In this document: positions 12,125 to 26,002 of the stretch, piece by piece
How positions within the stretch are numbered: position 1 is the first letter of the stretch
Layout of the letters: every line of letters starts with the position of its first letter
Assembly (NCBI RefSeq): GCF_963921235.1
Contig: NC_086097.1
Span: 250,730,001 to 250,794,000 of the forward strand
Direction: 5' to 3'
Source of the DNA: Mobula hypostoma
Lineage: Eukaryota
DNA: 64,000 bases
Made by a program: the position numbers and the translations under genes
Notes under the pieces: generated by a model
The model's input: only the letters and a program-made list of their open reading frames with translations
What the model was told of the DNA's origin: nothing
Database searches by the model: none

Positions 12125-13405
12125 ATAACCATGAGACCATAAGACATAGGAGCAGAAATAGGCCATTTGGCCCATCGACTCTGTCCTGCCATTCAGTCAG
12201 GGCTGACCCTTTTTGCCCCACTCCCTGGCCTTCTCCCCATAACCTTTGATGCCGTGTCCAATCAAAAACCTATCAAGCTCTGCCCAGATACACTCAACAA
12301 CTTGGCCTGCACAGCTGCCTGTGGTAATAAATTCCACAAATTCACCACCACCTGGCTAACGAAATTTCTCCACATCTCTGTTTTGAATGGACATCCCTCT
12401 ATCCTGAGGCTATGCCCTCTTGTCCTAAACTCCCCCACCATGGGAAGCATCCTTTCCAAATCTACCCTGTCTAGGCCTTTCAACATTCAAAAGATTTCAA
12501 TGAGATCCCCCCCTCATCCTTCTGAATTCCAGCAAGTACAGACCCAGAGCTATCAAACATTCCTCATATGATAACTATTTCATTCCCAGAATCATCCTTG
12601 TGAAACTCCTCTGAATCCTCTCCAATACCAGCGCATCTTTTCTTAAAGGAGGAGCCCAAAACTATTCACAATAGTCAAGGTGAGGCCTCACCAGTGCCTT
12701 ATAAAGCCTCAGCATCACATCCCTGCTCTTGTATTCTTGACCTCTTGAAATGAATGCTAACATGGCATTTGCCTTCCTCACCACTGACTCGACCTGCAAA
12801 TTAACCTTCAGGGTGTTCTGCACAAGCACTCCCAAATCCCTTTGCATCTCAGATTTTTGGATTTTCTCCGCATTTAGAAAATAATCTGTACATTTATTTC
12901 TACTACCAAAGTGCATGACCATGCATTTTCCAACATTTTATTTCATTTGACACTTTCTTGCCTATTCTCCAAATCTGTCTAAGTCCTTCTGCAGCCTACC
13001 TGTTTCCTCAACACTACCTGCCCCTCTACCAATCTTCGTATCATCTACAAACTTGGCAACAAAACCATCTATTCCATCATCTAAGTCATTTACATACAGC
13101 ATAAAAGGAAGAGGTCCCAACACCAGCCCTGAGGAACACCACTAGTCACTGGCAGCCAACCAGAAAAGGATTCTTTTATTCCCACTCGCTGCCTCCTGCC
13201 AACCAGCCAATGCTCTAACCATATTAGTAGCTTTCCTGTAACACCATGGGCTCTTAACTTGGTAAGCAGCCATGTGTGGCACCTTGTCAAAGGCCTTCTG
13301 AAAGTCCAAATATACAACATCCACTGCATCCCCTTTATCTATCCTACTTGTAATCTCCACAAAGAATCCCAACAGGTTTGTCAGGAAAGATTTTCCCTAA
13401 ACGAA
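12125..13405 (-). mobile_element. CR1 RT to 3' end, frameshifted
   Basis: DVVYLDFQKAFDKVPH, SGVPQG, QRDLGVLV, LYKALVRPHL, NFVSQVVVNLWNLLP. Confidence 0.9.
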
Positions 13406-13417
13406 ATCATTTTCATG

Positions 13418-13704
13418 TCCAACAGTCTCTAGAGTTCACAGAGAACGGTGCAAAGAACAAAAAAAAACATCCAGTGAGTGGCAGTTCTGTGGGTGAAAAC
13501 ACCTTGTTAATGAGAGAGGTCAGAGGAGAATGGCCAGACTGGTTCAGGCTGACAGGAAGGCAAGAATAACCACACGTTACAACAGTGGTGTACAGAAGAC
13601 CAATTCTGAATGCACAACATGTCAAGCCTGGAAGTGGATGGGCCACAGCAGCAGAAGACCACACCGGGTTCCATTCCTGGACTTCATAAAGGAGCCACTG
13701 AGTG
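13418..13704 (+). mobile_element. Tc1/mariner transposon remnant (N-terminal DNA-binding region plus a terminal-repeat-like end)
   Basis: RGQRRMARLVQADRKARITTRYNSGVQK...WMGHSSRRPHRVP; ends ...gccactgagtg followed by TA. Confidence 0.7.
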
Positions 13705-14844
13705 TACTTAACCCACATTGAACAGCAAACGTTCATATTGTTTAAGTTACCCACATTTATTCCACTGCTTATCTGTCTCAGGTTACCTGTTGCAGATAAA
13801 CAGTTGTGCCTTTGATCCTCCTGGATTTGGCTATTCTAATGCAAGCTCGATCAGCATCCCGTTCCCACTGTATGTACACATCAGATTACCCGAAGTACGT
13901 CAGCTTGATTTCTGTCCTAACTTGTGCCAAGTCAAGTTTGACCTTCAGCCTTGTACTTGCTGAAATGATTAATGGTTAGGAAATCGTTCTGCTTTGAAAT
14001 TTTCCATTCTTGTTTTCAAATCAAAAACTCTCTTTAGTTCTGTAATCTCCTTTGGCTCCACAGTCATCTGGGATGTACGTACTCCTTCAATCCAGATCAT
14101 GGGAAATTTAGTTATTTTAGTGTTTTTTATCTGCTTAAAGATTGCTATATTTGTCACATGTACATTGAAACATGCGGCGAAATGTATCGTTTGCACCCAA
14201 TCAAATCAGTGAGGATTGCACCCGGCAGCCCACAAGTGTCGCCACCCTTCTGGCGCCAACATAGCGTGCCCACAGCTCACTGGGCCCAACCATGTGTCTT
14301 TGGAAGGTGGGGGGAAACTGGAGTTCCCAAAGGAATCTGACGTCCCATCAGGGAGGAGGTACAGGAGCCTGAAGACACACATACATTGTTTTAGGAACAG
14401 CTGATTCACTTCAGCCAGCAGATTTCTGAACAGACAATGAATTGGTGTGGTCTCAAATATTTCTGGCCATTACAATTATTTGCTAACATGTTTTCTCTCC
14501 CTCTCTCCCTCTCTCTCTGAACTGAAGATGCTCCCAGAGTTAAGAACAAGAAATCATTGCTCTTTTTGATCTGTATAGTTAATAAAATTAATAACAACTG
14601 TAGTATGAAGTGATACATTTTTGTGGGAAGAATGAGAAGGAGTAACAAACTTATTGGGACCATCTGAAGGGAAGCTGGAACAGGGAGATCTATGAACATA
14701 TATGTACTGTTGAAGGCTGTAGGCCAATTTGAGAAAATTATTGGAGAGATCCTTGGCTTGGAGAACATTGAGAGCATAAACAATTGAATTATGCTGAAAG
14801 AATTGCATATAAATCATTTATTTTATTTAGATTTATTCTACCCA

Positions 14845-15030
14845 AACTCAAGGGGTAGCCATGGTAATCCACATGGATTCCAGCTATGCCTGCCTCTTCA
14901 TTGGCTATGTAGAACAGTCCACGTTCCAAATCTTCCCCGGTAATGATCCCCATCACTTCCTGCATTACATTGACAAATGCATTGGTGCTGCTTCATGCAC
15001 CCTTGCTGAGGTCATCAATTTCATCAACTT
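14845..15030 (+). mobile_element. Penelope-like RT fragment
   Basis: GVAMVIHMDSSYACLFIGYVEQS...FLHYIDKCIGAASC, homologous to 25363-25866. Confidence 0.75.
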
Positions 15031-15870
15031 GTATTGTGTACAGTTTTGATCACCTACCTACAGGAAAGATGTAAATAAGATTGAAATAATCGTCATCATT
15101 ATGGGCCGTGTCATATGACGTGGGCGATCATGATCTTGACCATGATTGTTCTTGGCAAATTTTTCTACAGAAGTTCTTTGCAGTGTCTTCTGGGCAGTGT
15201 CTTTACAAGACTGGTGACCCCAGCCATTATCAATAATCTTCAGAAATTGTCTGCCTGGTGTCAGCGGACGCGTAACCAGGATGCTCATATGATCATCCGC
15301 GGCCTGCTCACATGGCTTCACATGACACTGATCAGAAGCGGGGAGGTGAGGGAGGGGGCTAAGCAGGTGCTACACCTTGCCCAAGGGTGACCTGCAGGCT
15401 AGTGGAGAGAAGGAGTGTAGAATCAGTACAAAGAAAATTTACGAGGATGTTGACGGGGCTTGAGGACCTGAGTCATGGGAAAGGTTGAATAGTTTAGGAC
15501 ATTATTCCCTGGAACGTAGGAGAATAAGGGGGAGAATTGATCGAGATATACAAGATTACGAGGGGTCCAGATGGGGTAAAGACAAGTAAGTTTTCTCCAG
15601 TATGTTTGGGAGAGACTAGAGGCAATGGGTTAAGGGGGAAAAGTGAACTGTTTAAGGGGAACATGAGGGAGAACGTCATCACTCAGAAGGTGGTGAGAGC
15701 ATAGAACGAGATGCCAGTGGAAGCGCTGGGATGTGGGTCGATTTCAACGTTTAAGAGAAGTTAGAATAGTACATGGATGGTAGGGGTACGGAGAGTCACG
15801 GTCTATGTCTGGGTCAATGGAAATAGGCAGAATAACATTTTGGCATGGACTGGATAGACCAAAGGGTCTG
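15030..15870 (+). mobile_element. CR1 3' fragment interrupted by a short non-coding repeat (~15088-15418)
   Basis: CR1 C-terminal sequence resumes after the insert; the insert family recurs at 59681-60101. Confidence 0.7.
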
Positions 15871-16004
15871 TCTTTTAAATTTATTCATTTACATGATATG
15901 GGCACTGCTAACTAAGCCAGCAGTTATTGGCCATCCCCGATGTGTTTATGTGTTTTAGTACTCTGCCACTCTGTGACATTATAAACTACTCATAAAGTAA
16001 GAGC

Positions 16005-18840
16005 CAGATGGTGATGGCCCGGATGGGGTACCTGGCCAAGTACTAAAGACCTGTGCTGGCCAGCTGGGTAGAATGTTCACCAAGACCATCAACTCTCACT
16101 TCGGCAGACTGAGGTACCCAGCTGCTCCAAGCAGGTTTCAATTACACCGGTGCCTCGGGAGAATGTGGTAATCTGTCTGAATGACTGTCATCCAGTCACA
16201 CTTACGTCCAAGGTGATGAAGTGTTTTGAGAGGTTGGTGATGAAACATGTCAGCTCCTGCCTGAGGAGCGACTTGGATCTGCTCCAATTTGCCTACCGGC
16301 TCAACAGGTCAACAGCAGATGCCATCTCACTGGCTCTTCACTCAATCCTGGAACATCTGAACAGCAAAGATGCCTACATCAGGGTACTCCTTATTGATTA
16401 CAGCTCGGAATTCAACACTTTCATCCCCTCAAAACTAATCAATAAGCTCCAAGATCTGGGCCTCAGTAACTCCTTGTGCAGCTCGATCCTGGATTTCCTC
16501 ACTTGCAGACCCCAGTCGGTTCAGATAGGCAACAATATCTCCCCCACAATCTCCATCAACACAGGCTGTGTACTTAGATACCTGCTCTAATCGCTTTGCA
16601 CTTATGACTGTGAGGCTAAACACAACTCCAACGCCATATTTAAGTTTGCTGATGACACCGTTGCTGTGTGCTGAATGAATGGGGGTGATGAATCAGCATA
16701 TGAGGAAGATTAGATATCTGGCTGAGTCATGTCACAGCAACAAGCTCTCACTCAATGTCAGCCCAATCAAAGAGTTGATTATTGACTTCACAAGGTGGAA
16801 ACTGCAGCTCATGAGCCAGAGATAGTTGGCAACTTTAAATTCCTCAATGTTATAGGTTCTGAAGACCCATCCCGAGTCCGACATGACCCTACATTCTTAC
16901 AAGTTTGCAAAGGTTTGCAATGTCATCTACAACTTTGATAAACTTCTACAGATGTGTAATGGAGAGTATATTGACTGGCCAACTAGTGGAATGGTACCGC
17001 AGCAACAACCTGGCACTCAATGTCAGTAAGACGAAAGAGCTGATTGTGAACTTCAGGAAGGGTGAGACAAAGGAACACATACCAATCCTCATAGAGGGAT
17101 CAGAAGTGGAGAGAGTGAGCAGCTTCAAGTTCCTGGGCATCAAGATCTCAGAGGATCTAACCTGGTCCCAACATATTGATGTAGTTATAAAGAAGGCAAG
17201 ACAGCAACTATACTTTATTAGGAGTTTGAAGAGATTTGGCATGTCAACAAATATACTCAAAAACTTCTATAGTTGTACGGTGGAGAGCATTCTGACAGGC
17301 TGCATCACTGTCTGGTATGGAGGGGCTACTGCACAGGACTGAAAGAAGCTGCAGAAGGTTGTAAATCTAGTCAGCTCCATCTTGGGCACTAGCCTACAAA
17401 ACACCGAGGACATCTTCAGGGAGCGGTGTCTCAGAAAGGCAGCATCCATTATGAAGGACCTCCAGCACCCAGGGCATGCCCTTTTCCCACTGTTACCATC
17501 AGGTAGGAGATACAGAAGCCTGAAGGCACACACTCAGCGATTCAAGAACAGCTTCTTCCCCTCTGCCATCTGATTCCTAAATGGACTTTGAAACTTTGGA
17601 CACAACCTCACTTTTTTAATATAGAGTATTTCTGTTTTTGCACATTTTTTAAGAAATCTATTCAATATATGTAATTGATTTACTTGTTTATTTATTATGT
17701 TTTATTTTATTTATTATTATTATTATTTTTTCTCTCTGCTAGATTATGTATTGCATTGAACTGCTGCTGCTAAGTTAACAAATTTCACGTCACATGCCAG
17801 TGATAATAAACCTGATTCGGATTCTGATTCTGGCTGCAATGTGGCCTGACATTAAACACCAATGTGCTGGAACGGAAAATCCAGCAAAAAGTAAGGAATG
17901 CAGCCTAGTCCATTACAGATAAAGCCCTCCCCACCATTGAGCACATCTATAAAGTACGCTGTCTCAGGAAAGTAGCATTCATCTTCATGAGCTCCCCACC
18001 ATCCAAACCATGCTTCTTCTCACTGCTCCCATCAGGAAGGAGGTACAGGAGCCCCAAGACTCACACCATCAGGTTCAGGAGCAGTTATTACCCCTCAACC
18101 ATCAGGCTTTTGAACCAGAGGGGATAACTTCACTCTCTCTTTCTCTCTCTGGCTATCCGTCTCATAGGATGATGATGGTTCCTTTCAGTCAGTTAGTGGG
18201 GTAACTACCCCACTCCTCAGAAAGGAAAAGCATGTGTGTGAGTGGATTTTAGGTGACTAGGGAGTTGCACGGGTCCAGACCCACCCTCTCGACATCCCCT
18301 CCCGGATCCAGCGGCATGGTGGGGTCCAAGACAGCTGGGGGAAGTTCTGTTGCAGTGAATGGCCAGACCAAGCTTCGATGCAAGGAATGCCCTTTCCGCG
18401 CTTCACGGCACGTGTTTGCTAGATGGCCATTGACCCTACAAGAGGGTTCATCCGCCCTTGACAGGTCTTGTTTTTTGTCCTGCAGGGTGTCTAGCCACCC
18501 TCCTCACCAGACAAGCCTGGTGGGGGAGTACTGGGCTACATGGTACCAGTAACACTCAGACGAGTGACCTGACCAGAAACTTCACTCACCCCATCGCTGA
18601 ACTGATTCCAGAAACTTTGGACTCATTTTCAAGGACTCTTCAACTCGTGATCTCAATATTATTTATTTGTTTGGTTTCTTTTTTATATTTGCACATCTTG
18701 TTGTCTGCCTCTGTCTGTGTCTAGTTTTTCAGCGATTCTATTGTATTTCTTTGTTCTACTACAATTGCCCGCAAGCAAGTGTATCTCATTGTGACATGTA
18801 GGTACTTTGATAATAAATTTACTTTGAATTTTGGACCTTG
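16005..18840 (+). mobile_element. Rex1/Babar-type LINE RT region with nested insertions (16980-17829 and 18136-18577)
   Basis: LTSKVMKCFERLV...QFAYRLNRSTADAI...LIDYSSEFNT and KFADD motifs. TSDs CTGGC (16975-16979 / 17830-17834) and AACTTCACTC (18126-18135 / 18578-18587). Confidence 0.85.
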
Positions 18841-19244
18841 TGCTCCTCACTAATTGCTAAAGGGAAATAAAATCACGTGAAAACATTAGTTGGCTATCAC
18901 ATTAGATATAAACGCATCACAGCAAGGCAGTTTATTATGTTCATGTGGATTCCTACAACGCAAACCCCCCCCGAGATAAATTCTGTTCCTGTGGGAACTC
19001 TGCAAGAGAAGTGAGAATGTTCTCAATAGATGCCAAACAAACATGTCCATTCTTGAAGAACGAGTTCCAGAAGGAATTAGCAAATTGCAAACGGCAGGGA
19101 ATTGAAGAACCGGTATCTAAGTGTTAGCCTTAGCCCAGGGGGATGACTCCTATGTAACTGGCGTGCTGGTGCAATTGCATACACCATCACAGAGAGCATC
19201 CTCACGTCAGCTAGCGCCCCTGAGAATCTGCTGGGGTTCTCTAT

Positions 19245-19900
19245 TGTGTCCGGTGATCACAATAAGGCCTCTTCTACATTGATGAAGCCCGTCGTAAATT
19301 GGGGGATCGCTTTGTCGAGCACCCCTGCTCCATCCGCCAAAAGCAGAACTTCCCAGTGGCCAAACATTTTAAATCCAATTGCCATTCTCGTTCCAACATG
19401 TCGGTCCATGGCCTCCTCTTGTGCCAAGATGAGGCCGCCCTCAGGATGGAGGAGCAATATCTGGGTAGCCTCTAACCTGATACCATGAATATGATTTCTC
19501 CTTCCAGTAAAACATTTTTCCCTCCCCCTCCCATCTTCTTCTATTTCCTACTCTGGCCTCCTACATCTTCTCACCTGCCTATCACCTCCCCCTGGGTCCC
19601 CTCCTCCTTCCCTTTCTCCTATGGTCCACTCTCCTCTCCTATCAGATTCCTTCCTCTCCAGCCCTTTACCTTTCCTAACCGCATATCTACACCTATCACT
19701 TTCTAGCTATCTTCCTTCCCCTCCCGCCCACCTTTTGATTCTGGCATCTTCCCCCTTCCTTTCCAGTCCTAAAACAAGGTCTCGGCCCAAAATGCTGACT
19801 GTTTATTCATTTCCATAGACGCTGCCTGGCCTGCTGAGTTCCTTCAGCATTTCGTGTGCGTTGCTCTGGATTTCCAGCATCTGCAGACCTTCTCGTGTTT
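19245..19900 (+). mobile_element. Penelope-like 3' fragment (decayed GIY-YIG region, pyrimidine-rich 3' region, degenerate hammerhead)
   Basis: Homologous to the reverse complement of 24140-24800. Confidence 0.75.
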
Positions 19901-20214
19901 GTCATCAGCCGTCACCATCTGGTTTGGTGCAGCATCCTCTTACAGTATACGAAAACTACAGCTCAGCAGAAGAGGTCGTTGTCTGCAGTCTACCATCACT
20001 GCAGGACGTGTATGTGTCCAGGGCACAGAAGTGGGCAGGAAAAATCATTGTGGGCACTACCCACCCTGCAAACTGCCTTTTCCAAAAGCTCCCTTCTGGA
20101 AAGTGCTGTAGGGCTATTAAAAAAAAACCACCTCAAGCATTTCTTCTCCCAGACAGTTAATTTGATCAACCATTCTAGTTAACCCACTCCTAGCCCCTCT
20201 ACCTATTATCCCAT

Positions 20215-20843
20215 GTGCCTAAGAAGATAGCAGCGCGCCGCGCATACGCAGTTCTCTGGTGAAAATGATATCGTATCCATTAAATAAAGGCCGTGGACAA
20301 TTCTGATTTGATGGAGACGGATGTGAAAGCACAGAGGAACATCTGGAGAAATTTCTGAAACGCCGGTTCACTGCCGCTGTTACTGGGCGATCGAGAATCT
20401 TCCGGAGGGAAGGCCCCAAAATCCCCGGCTTTGCCTGCTGCTGGCGACCGAGGCTGAGGTCGAAATGTTCAGATAGAGATGGTGCTTGGTACTCGGTGTC
20501 GGAGGGCTGATCAGAGCTCGAAGTTTTCGGACGATTCAGAGTCGGACTGTGGTCGGGCATGGCAGGGAGAGTTTTCTTCCTTCTCCCGTCTGCGTGAGAT
20601 GTGGGACACTCGAGAGACTTTGAACTGTTTTACTCTGCCATGGCCTGTTCTTCATCAAGTTATGGTATTGTTGCACTGTTGTAACTATATGTTATAATTA
20701 TGTGGTTTTGTCAGTTTTTTCAGTCTTGGTCTGTCCTGTGTTTTGTGATATCACACCGGAGGAATATTGTATCATTTCTTAATGCATGCATTACTAAATA
20801 AACAATAAAAGAAGACTGCGTGTCCTCATAATCTAATCTAATC
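20215..20843 (+). mobile_element. Non-autonomous retroposon with GC-rich head and (ATCTA)n tail
   Basis: CpG-rich 5' part, Rex-like 3' UTR and short tandem tail; interrupts a Rex-type 3' UTR. Confidence 0.5.
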
Positions 20844-21634
20844 ACTGCAGTGTAAACACTTTAAACCGCTTTTTATAATGCTGTTTACATTGTAAGTACA
20901 TGCTGGCTATTATCAATGTATTCCTTATATACGTAAACGTATATGGTGAATAACGTTGATCCTTGAACACAGGACAGTGCAGGCCCTTTGATGCAGAATA
21001 TTATGTCAACCTTTTAACCTACTGGAAGATCACTCTAACCCTTCCTTCCTAGAGGGTCTTCCATTGCCCTGTCATCCATGTGTCTATCTACAAGTTTCTT
21101 TAATGCCCTAATGTATCGAACTCTACCTTCACCCCTGGCAGGGTGTCCACGCACCCACCACTCTCTGTGTTCAAAGTCACTAAGTCATTTTTTTCATTAC
21201 TGATATGGTGATATTGTGAATTTACAAGATTTGACAATTTTATCTTGCCTCAGTGCACAAGGATTCCCCAATCCCTTTGCAGCTCTGATTGTTCAATTTT
21301 CTTCCCATTCAGAAAACACGCTGCACCTTTATTCCACCTACCAAAGTGCATGACCATACACTCCCCTACACTACATTCCATCTGCAATTTTCAAAGCCGG
21401 ACAACTATTCTCTCAAATTCGGTATTACAAGTTACCCAGTGAGTTATTTTGATTAGCACGGCATTCCTCGTGCGGGTGAGAATCCAACAGGAAGCATTTC
21501 CTACTGAAAATCCTCTACAGGTTCATCTCCCTACTTTCATAGTTGGTCTCATAAATAATAAAAAAGCCCTTTATCTGTGGTGGAATGAAAAGCAGACTGA
21601 ATTAAATCCTTTTAATTTTTAAACTTGTCCTCAC

Positions 21635-21697
21635 CTGTCCTCGGTTCTTGTGTGAGATTACTCATTGTAACCTTACTCAATAACCAAGTCATTGTGA
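21635..21697 (-). CDS. Weak candidate exon (63 nt, phase 1-1)
   Basis: aaatag|TCACAATG...GGACAG|gtgagg; the only open frame is xTMTWLLSKVTMSNLTQEPRT, phase-compatible with following 26965-27034. The acceptor is mediocre. Confidence 0.3.
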
Positions 21698-22348
21698 CTA
21701 TTTTTTGAAAAAAAAGACATTTGTAAAAACAGGTTCATCAGGGTATTCCCCCCACCCCCACCGCACTTTCCCAATATGTGACATTTACTGGGAATGTTGC
21801 AGAGAAAGGGCCTAAAGCATTGCTGAGGATCCCTACGGCCCATCCCTCAATATCTCTGACCCACTACTGTCAAGAAGAATAGATAGATAGGCAGAATAGA
21901 TAGAATAGTACAGCACAGTCCGGGCCCCTCAGCCCACGATGTTGTGCTGACCCTCAAACCCTGCCCCCCATATAAACCCCCACCTTAAATTCCTCCATAT
22001 ACCTGTCTAGCAGTCTCTTAAACTTCACGAGTGTATCTGCCTCCACCACTGACTCAGGCAGTGCATTCCACACACCAACCACTCTCTGAGTAAAAAACCC
22101 TTCTTCTAATATCCCCCTTGAACTTCCCACCCCTTACCTTAAAGCCAGGGGGTGAGGTTTTAAGGAGGTTCAGAAACATGAGAAATAGGACTGCCAGACC
22201 AGGTAACAACTTCTTCCCTGAGTCTATGAGGTCGTTGCATACCCTGCCATCACCGAAGTCTTGTCAGTCGGACAGTGAACTGTTTATGGTACTGTCTACC
22301 TGTGCCGTGTACTGCATACATTTTGAATTATATTTTATTAACTTGTTT

Positions 22349-22731
22349 TTCCCTCTAGGAAGACCACGATTGAGCTTCTGTGCCTCAATCACCCGGAAAG
22401 TCATGTTGCCCGGAGGCAGGGTCACCATGCCGAACAGGTCAAAGGGTAGAGGACAGATTCAGAGTGGTCCACCGGTCCACGGGGTTCAGGGTTTCAGCTC
22501 GGCCTAGCAACTCTGACTGGTAAAACAAAGTTGTTATAGAAACAGCAATGAAAAATCCTTCTACATCTGAGTGCAACGGTATTCCTGAGTCTCCACCTAG
22601 GACTTGCATGACTGAGAGTGGTGAAAATCAAGAGGAAGCTACTGACACAATAAAGGAAGCCCCGGGCATCACAAGGGATAGAGGACCTTCACAGGTGCCC
22701 TAAACAGCAGCAGCGTAACAGCACAACAAAC
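22349..22731 (+). mobile_element. RTE-related non-autonomous element
   Basis: Flanked by imperfect TSD AACTT(G/A)TTT (22340-22348 / 22732-22740); no ORF; 5' part recalls RTE 5' UTRs. Confidence 0.5.
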
Positions 22732-24139
22732 AACTTATTTGTGGTAATATTTTGGTTTATGTGCTGTGTGTTATATACGTTTTGTGCTTCAGAGGAACGT
22801 TGTTTTGTTTGGATGCATACATACAGTCAGATGACAATTATCTTGAACTTAAAGTGGGTAGTGTGTCAGACACGGTGAGTGGCATTAATTAGTCAAACTG
22901 TCAATAAATTCTTAATAAATCCTCCAGTTAAAATATTATTTTAATAGGTAGTAAAATGTCTGTTGTTTATTGTCTTAAAGTCCAATTAACGGTGATATTT
23001 GTAATTTTGAAAAGAAAGTGGTGTCAAATTCTGGCAGGTGGTCAAGCAGAGAAGCCAACAGTTGGCTATTGTGTCAAATTATTTCCTCAGGCGAACTGTT
23101 TCCCAGTTGTTGCTCAACTGTAAACGAACAAAGAAACCTCTCTAAATTTAAATTCCTATTGAGCAATCAGCTCCTGGCTCCAAGCGGTGAAGGTGTGGTG
23201 AAAGGTAACTGGGTAAATATTTGCACAGGAGTATTTAACAACACACTAGGAAAAGAGGGTTGACGGTCTTACATTGCCAATGATATACTGAGAACATTAG
23301 AAGCTACAATTCCATTCAATAAAAAGATTGAATAAATTATAATAAATATAATGATTAATAATGGTCATCAACAAAATACTTCAAAGTTTAAAGTAAATTT
23401 ATTATCAACGTACATATACTATATGTCATCATATTCTACCCTGTAGGCATTCACGGTAGATACAAAGAAGCACACATGACAAAGGCAGGCAAACAACCAG
23501 AGTGCAAAAGACTACAAACTGTGCGAATACAAAAATAATAATGATAAAAAATAACTGAGCAATAAATATCGAGAACATGGGTTGTTGGGTCCTTAAAGGT
23601 GAGTCTGTAGATTGTGGGGTCCGTTCAGTGTTGAAGGTGAGTAACGTTACCCCCACTGGCTGAGGGATAATATAGTCACTGTTCCTGAACCTGGCAGTGT
23701 GGGACTTGAGACCGAGGTCCTGTATCTCCTTCCTGATGGCAGCAGCAGGAAGAGTAACGCACACAAAATGAAAGAGGAACTCAGCAGCTCAGGCAACATC
23801 TACGGGGGGGGGGGGAGCAAGGAGTTGATGTTTCGAGCCAAAGCCTTCTATAAGGACCGGATTGGAAGAGGGCAGAAGCCAGAACAAGAAGGTGGAGGGG
23901 AGGGAAGGAGAACAGCCTGCAGGTTGCAAGACTCTGCGAGGACTGCAGAGAGGGTCATCAGAGTCTCCCTCCCACCCATCTGAGATCTCTTGTCACGGGC
24001 GCTGCGTACCCAGGACCCGTAGCATTGTTAGTGACCCCTCCGAGCGGTTCACCATCAGGCAGCAGGAACCGACAAGAACTCCAGCATTAGGACAGGAAGC
24101 ATGTTAGGATAGGAAACAGCTTCTCCCCCCCCCCCCAGC

Positions 24140-25880
24140 GACATACACAAAATGCCGGAGGAACTCAGCCGGCCAGGCAATATCTATGGAAACGAGTAAA
24201 CAGTCGACGTTTCGGGCCGAGGCCCTTCATCAGGGCTGGAAAAAAAGAATGAGAAATCAGAGTAAGAAGGTGGGGGCAAATACAAGGTGGTGGTAGGGGA
24301 TAGCTGAAACCAGGAGAGGGAGAAGGGTGAAGAAAAGAGATGGAAAGTTAATTGGTGAAAGAGATAAAGAGCTGGAGAAGGGGGAATCTGATGAGAAAGC
24401 CATGGAAGAAGGGAAGGGGAAGGAGCACCAGAAGAAGGAGAGGGACAGGTAAGAAGAAGAGGTGGGAGACGGAGATAGGAATGAGGAATAGTGAAGTGGG
24501 GAGAGGGACAATCACCAGCAGTTCAAGATATCAATGTTCATGCCATCAGGTTGGAGGCTTCCCGAATGGAATATAAGGTGTTGTTCCTCCAGCCTGAGCG
24601 TGGCCACATTATGACAGTAGAGGAGGCCATGGACTGACGTGTCCAACGGGACTGGGTGGAATTGAAGCGGGCGGCCACTGGGAGATCCTGCTTTTTCTGG
24701 CAGAAGGAGTGTAGATGCTCAGCGAAGCGGTCTCCCAATCTGCGTCAGGTCTCACCAATCTACAGGAGGCCACACTGGGAACGTTGTACACAGTAGATGA
24801 CCCCAACTGACTCACAAGTGAAGTGTCACCTCACCTGGAAGGACTGTTTGGAGCCTGAATGGTAGTGAGGGAGAAGGTGTAGGGGCAGGTGTAGCACTTG
24901 TTCTGCTTGCAAGGGTAAGGGCCAGGAGGGAGATCAGTAGGGAGGGATAAATGGACAAGGGAGTCGCGTAAGGAGCGATCCCTGCAGAAAGCAACAAGTG
25001 GGGGGGAGGGAAAGATGTGCTTGGTGGTGAGATCCTGTTGGAGATGACAGAAGTTACAGAGAATTATGTGTTGGACGCAGAGGTTAGTCAGGTGGTAGGT
25101 GAGGACAAGAGGAATCCTATACCTGGTAGTGTGGCGGGAAGATGGAGTGAGGGTAGGCGCGCTAGAGAGTGGTGAATCTGTGGAATTCTTTGCCACACAC
25201 AGCTGTGGAGGCCAAGTCTTCATGTATATTTAAGGCAGAGGTTGATAGTTTCTTGATTAGTCAGGATGTGAAGGGATACAGGCAGAAAGCAGGAAATTGG
25301 AGCTGAGAGAAAATGGGGGAGCCCACTTGATGGGCCAAATGGCCTAATTCTACTCCTATATCTTATGGTCTTATGGAAATAGAAGAGATACGGGTGAGGG
25401 GAGCATTGATGGTGGAGGAAGGAAAGTCCCTTTCTTTGAAGAAAGAGGACTTCTCATTCACTCTGGAGTGAAAAGCCTCACCCTGAGGGTAGATGGGGAG
25501 GACATGGAGGAACTGAGAGAAGGGGATATCATTTTTACAAGAGACAAGGTGGGAAGAGGTATAGTTCAAGTAGCTGTGAGAATCAGTGGGTTTGTAAACG
25601 ATATCTCCAAAAATGGAAACAGTGCAATCAAGGAAGGGGAGAGAGGTCTTGGAAATGGACCAGATAAGTTTGAGGGTAGGGTGGAAGTTGGGCGCAATGT
25701 TGATGAAGCTGACGAGCTCAGCACGGGGGCAGGAAGCAGCACCAATGCAGACATTGATGCAGCGTAGGAAAAGTTGGGGAGTGATGTCAGTGTAGGCTTG
25801 GAACATAGACTGTTCCACATAGCCGACAAAAAGGTAGGTGTATCTGGGACCCATGTGAATGCCCATAGCTGTACCTTTGG
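24140..25880 (-). mobile_element. Penelope-like element (RT + GIY-YIG + hammerhead-containing terminus), decayed, with a CR1 insert at ~25165-25375
   Basis: MGIHMGPRY..LFVGYVEQS..LPFLD..YKPTDSHSYL..IPFSQFL (RT); PLVLTYH..PCKQNKCYTCP linker; IGET..LGDRFAEHL (GIY-YIG). Confidence 0.9.
24201..24238 (-). ncRNA. Minimal type-I hammerhead ribozyme motif at the 3' terminus of a Penelope-like element
   Basis: Minus strand CAGCC-CTGATGA-A-GGG cctcgg CCC-GAAA-C-GTC-GACTG; intact core, one stem-I mismatch. Confidence 0.8.
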
Positions 25881-26002
25881 TTTCCTTCCCTCAGGCTGTG
25901 AGACTACTGAACTCCCCGTCACCACCGAGCTCTGCATCGCTAGCGTTTCAACTGTTTACTTTTTAACTTGTGTCATTAGTGTGCCCTTTGTTAAATGCCA
26001 AT

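Noticed and set aside
13785..13960. Minus-strand exon-like segments (STRLKVKLDLAQVRTEIKLTYF; WERDADRACIRIAK)
   Set aside because: Competing weak splice sites and no recognisable homology; cannot be supported.
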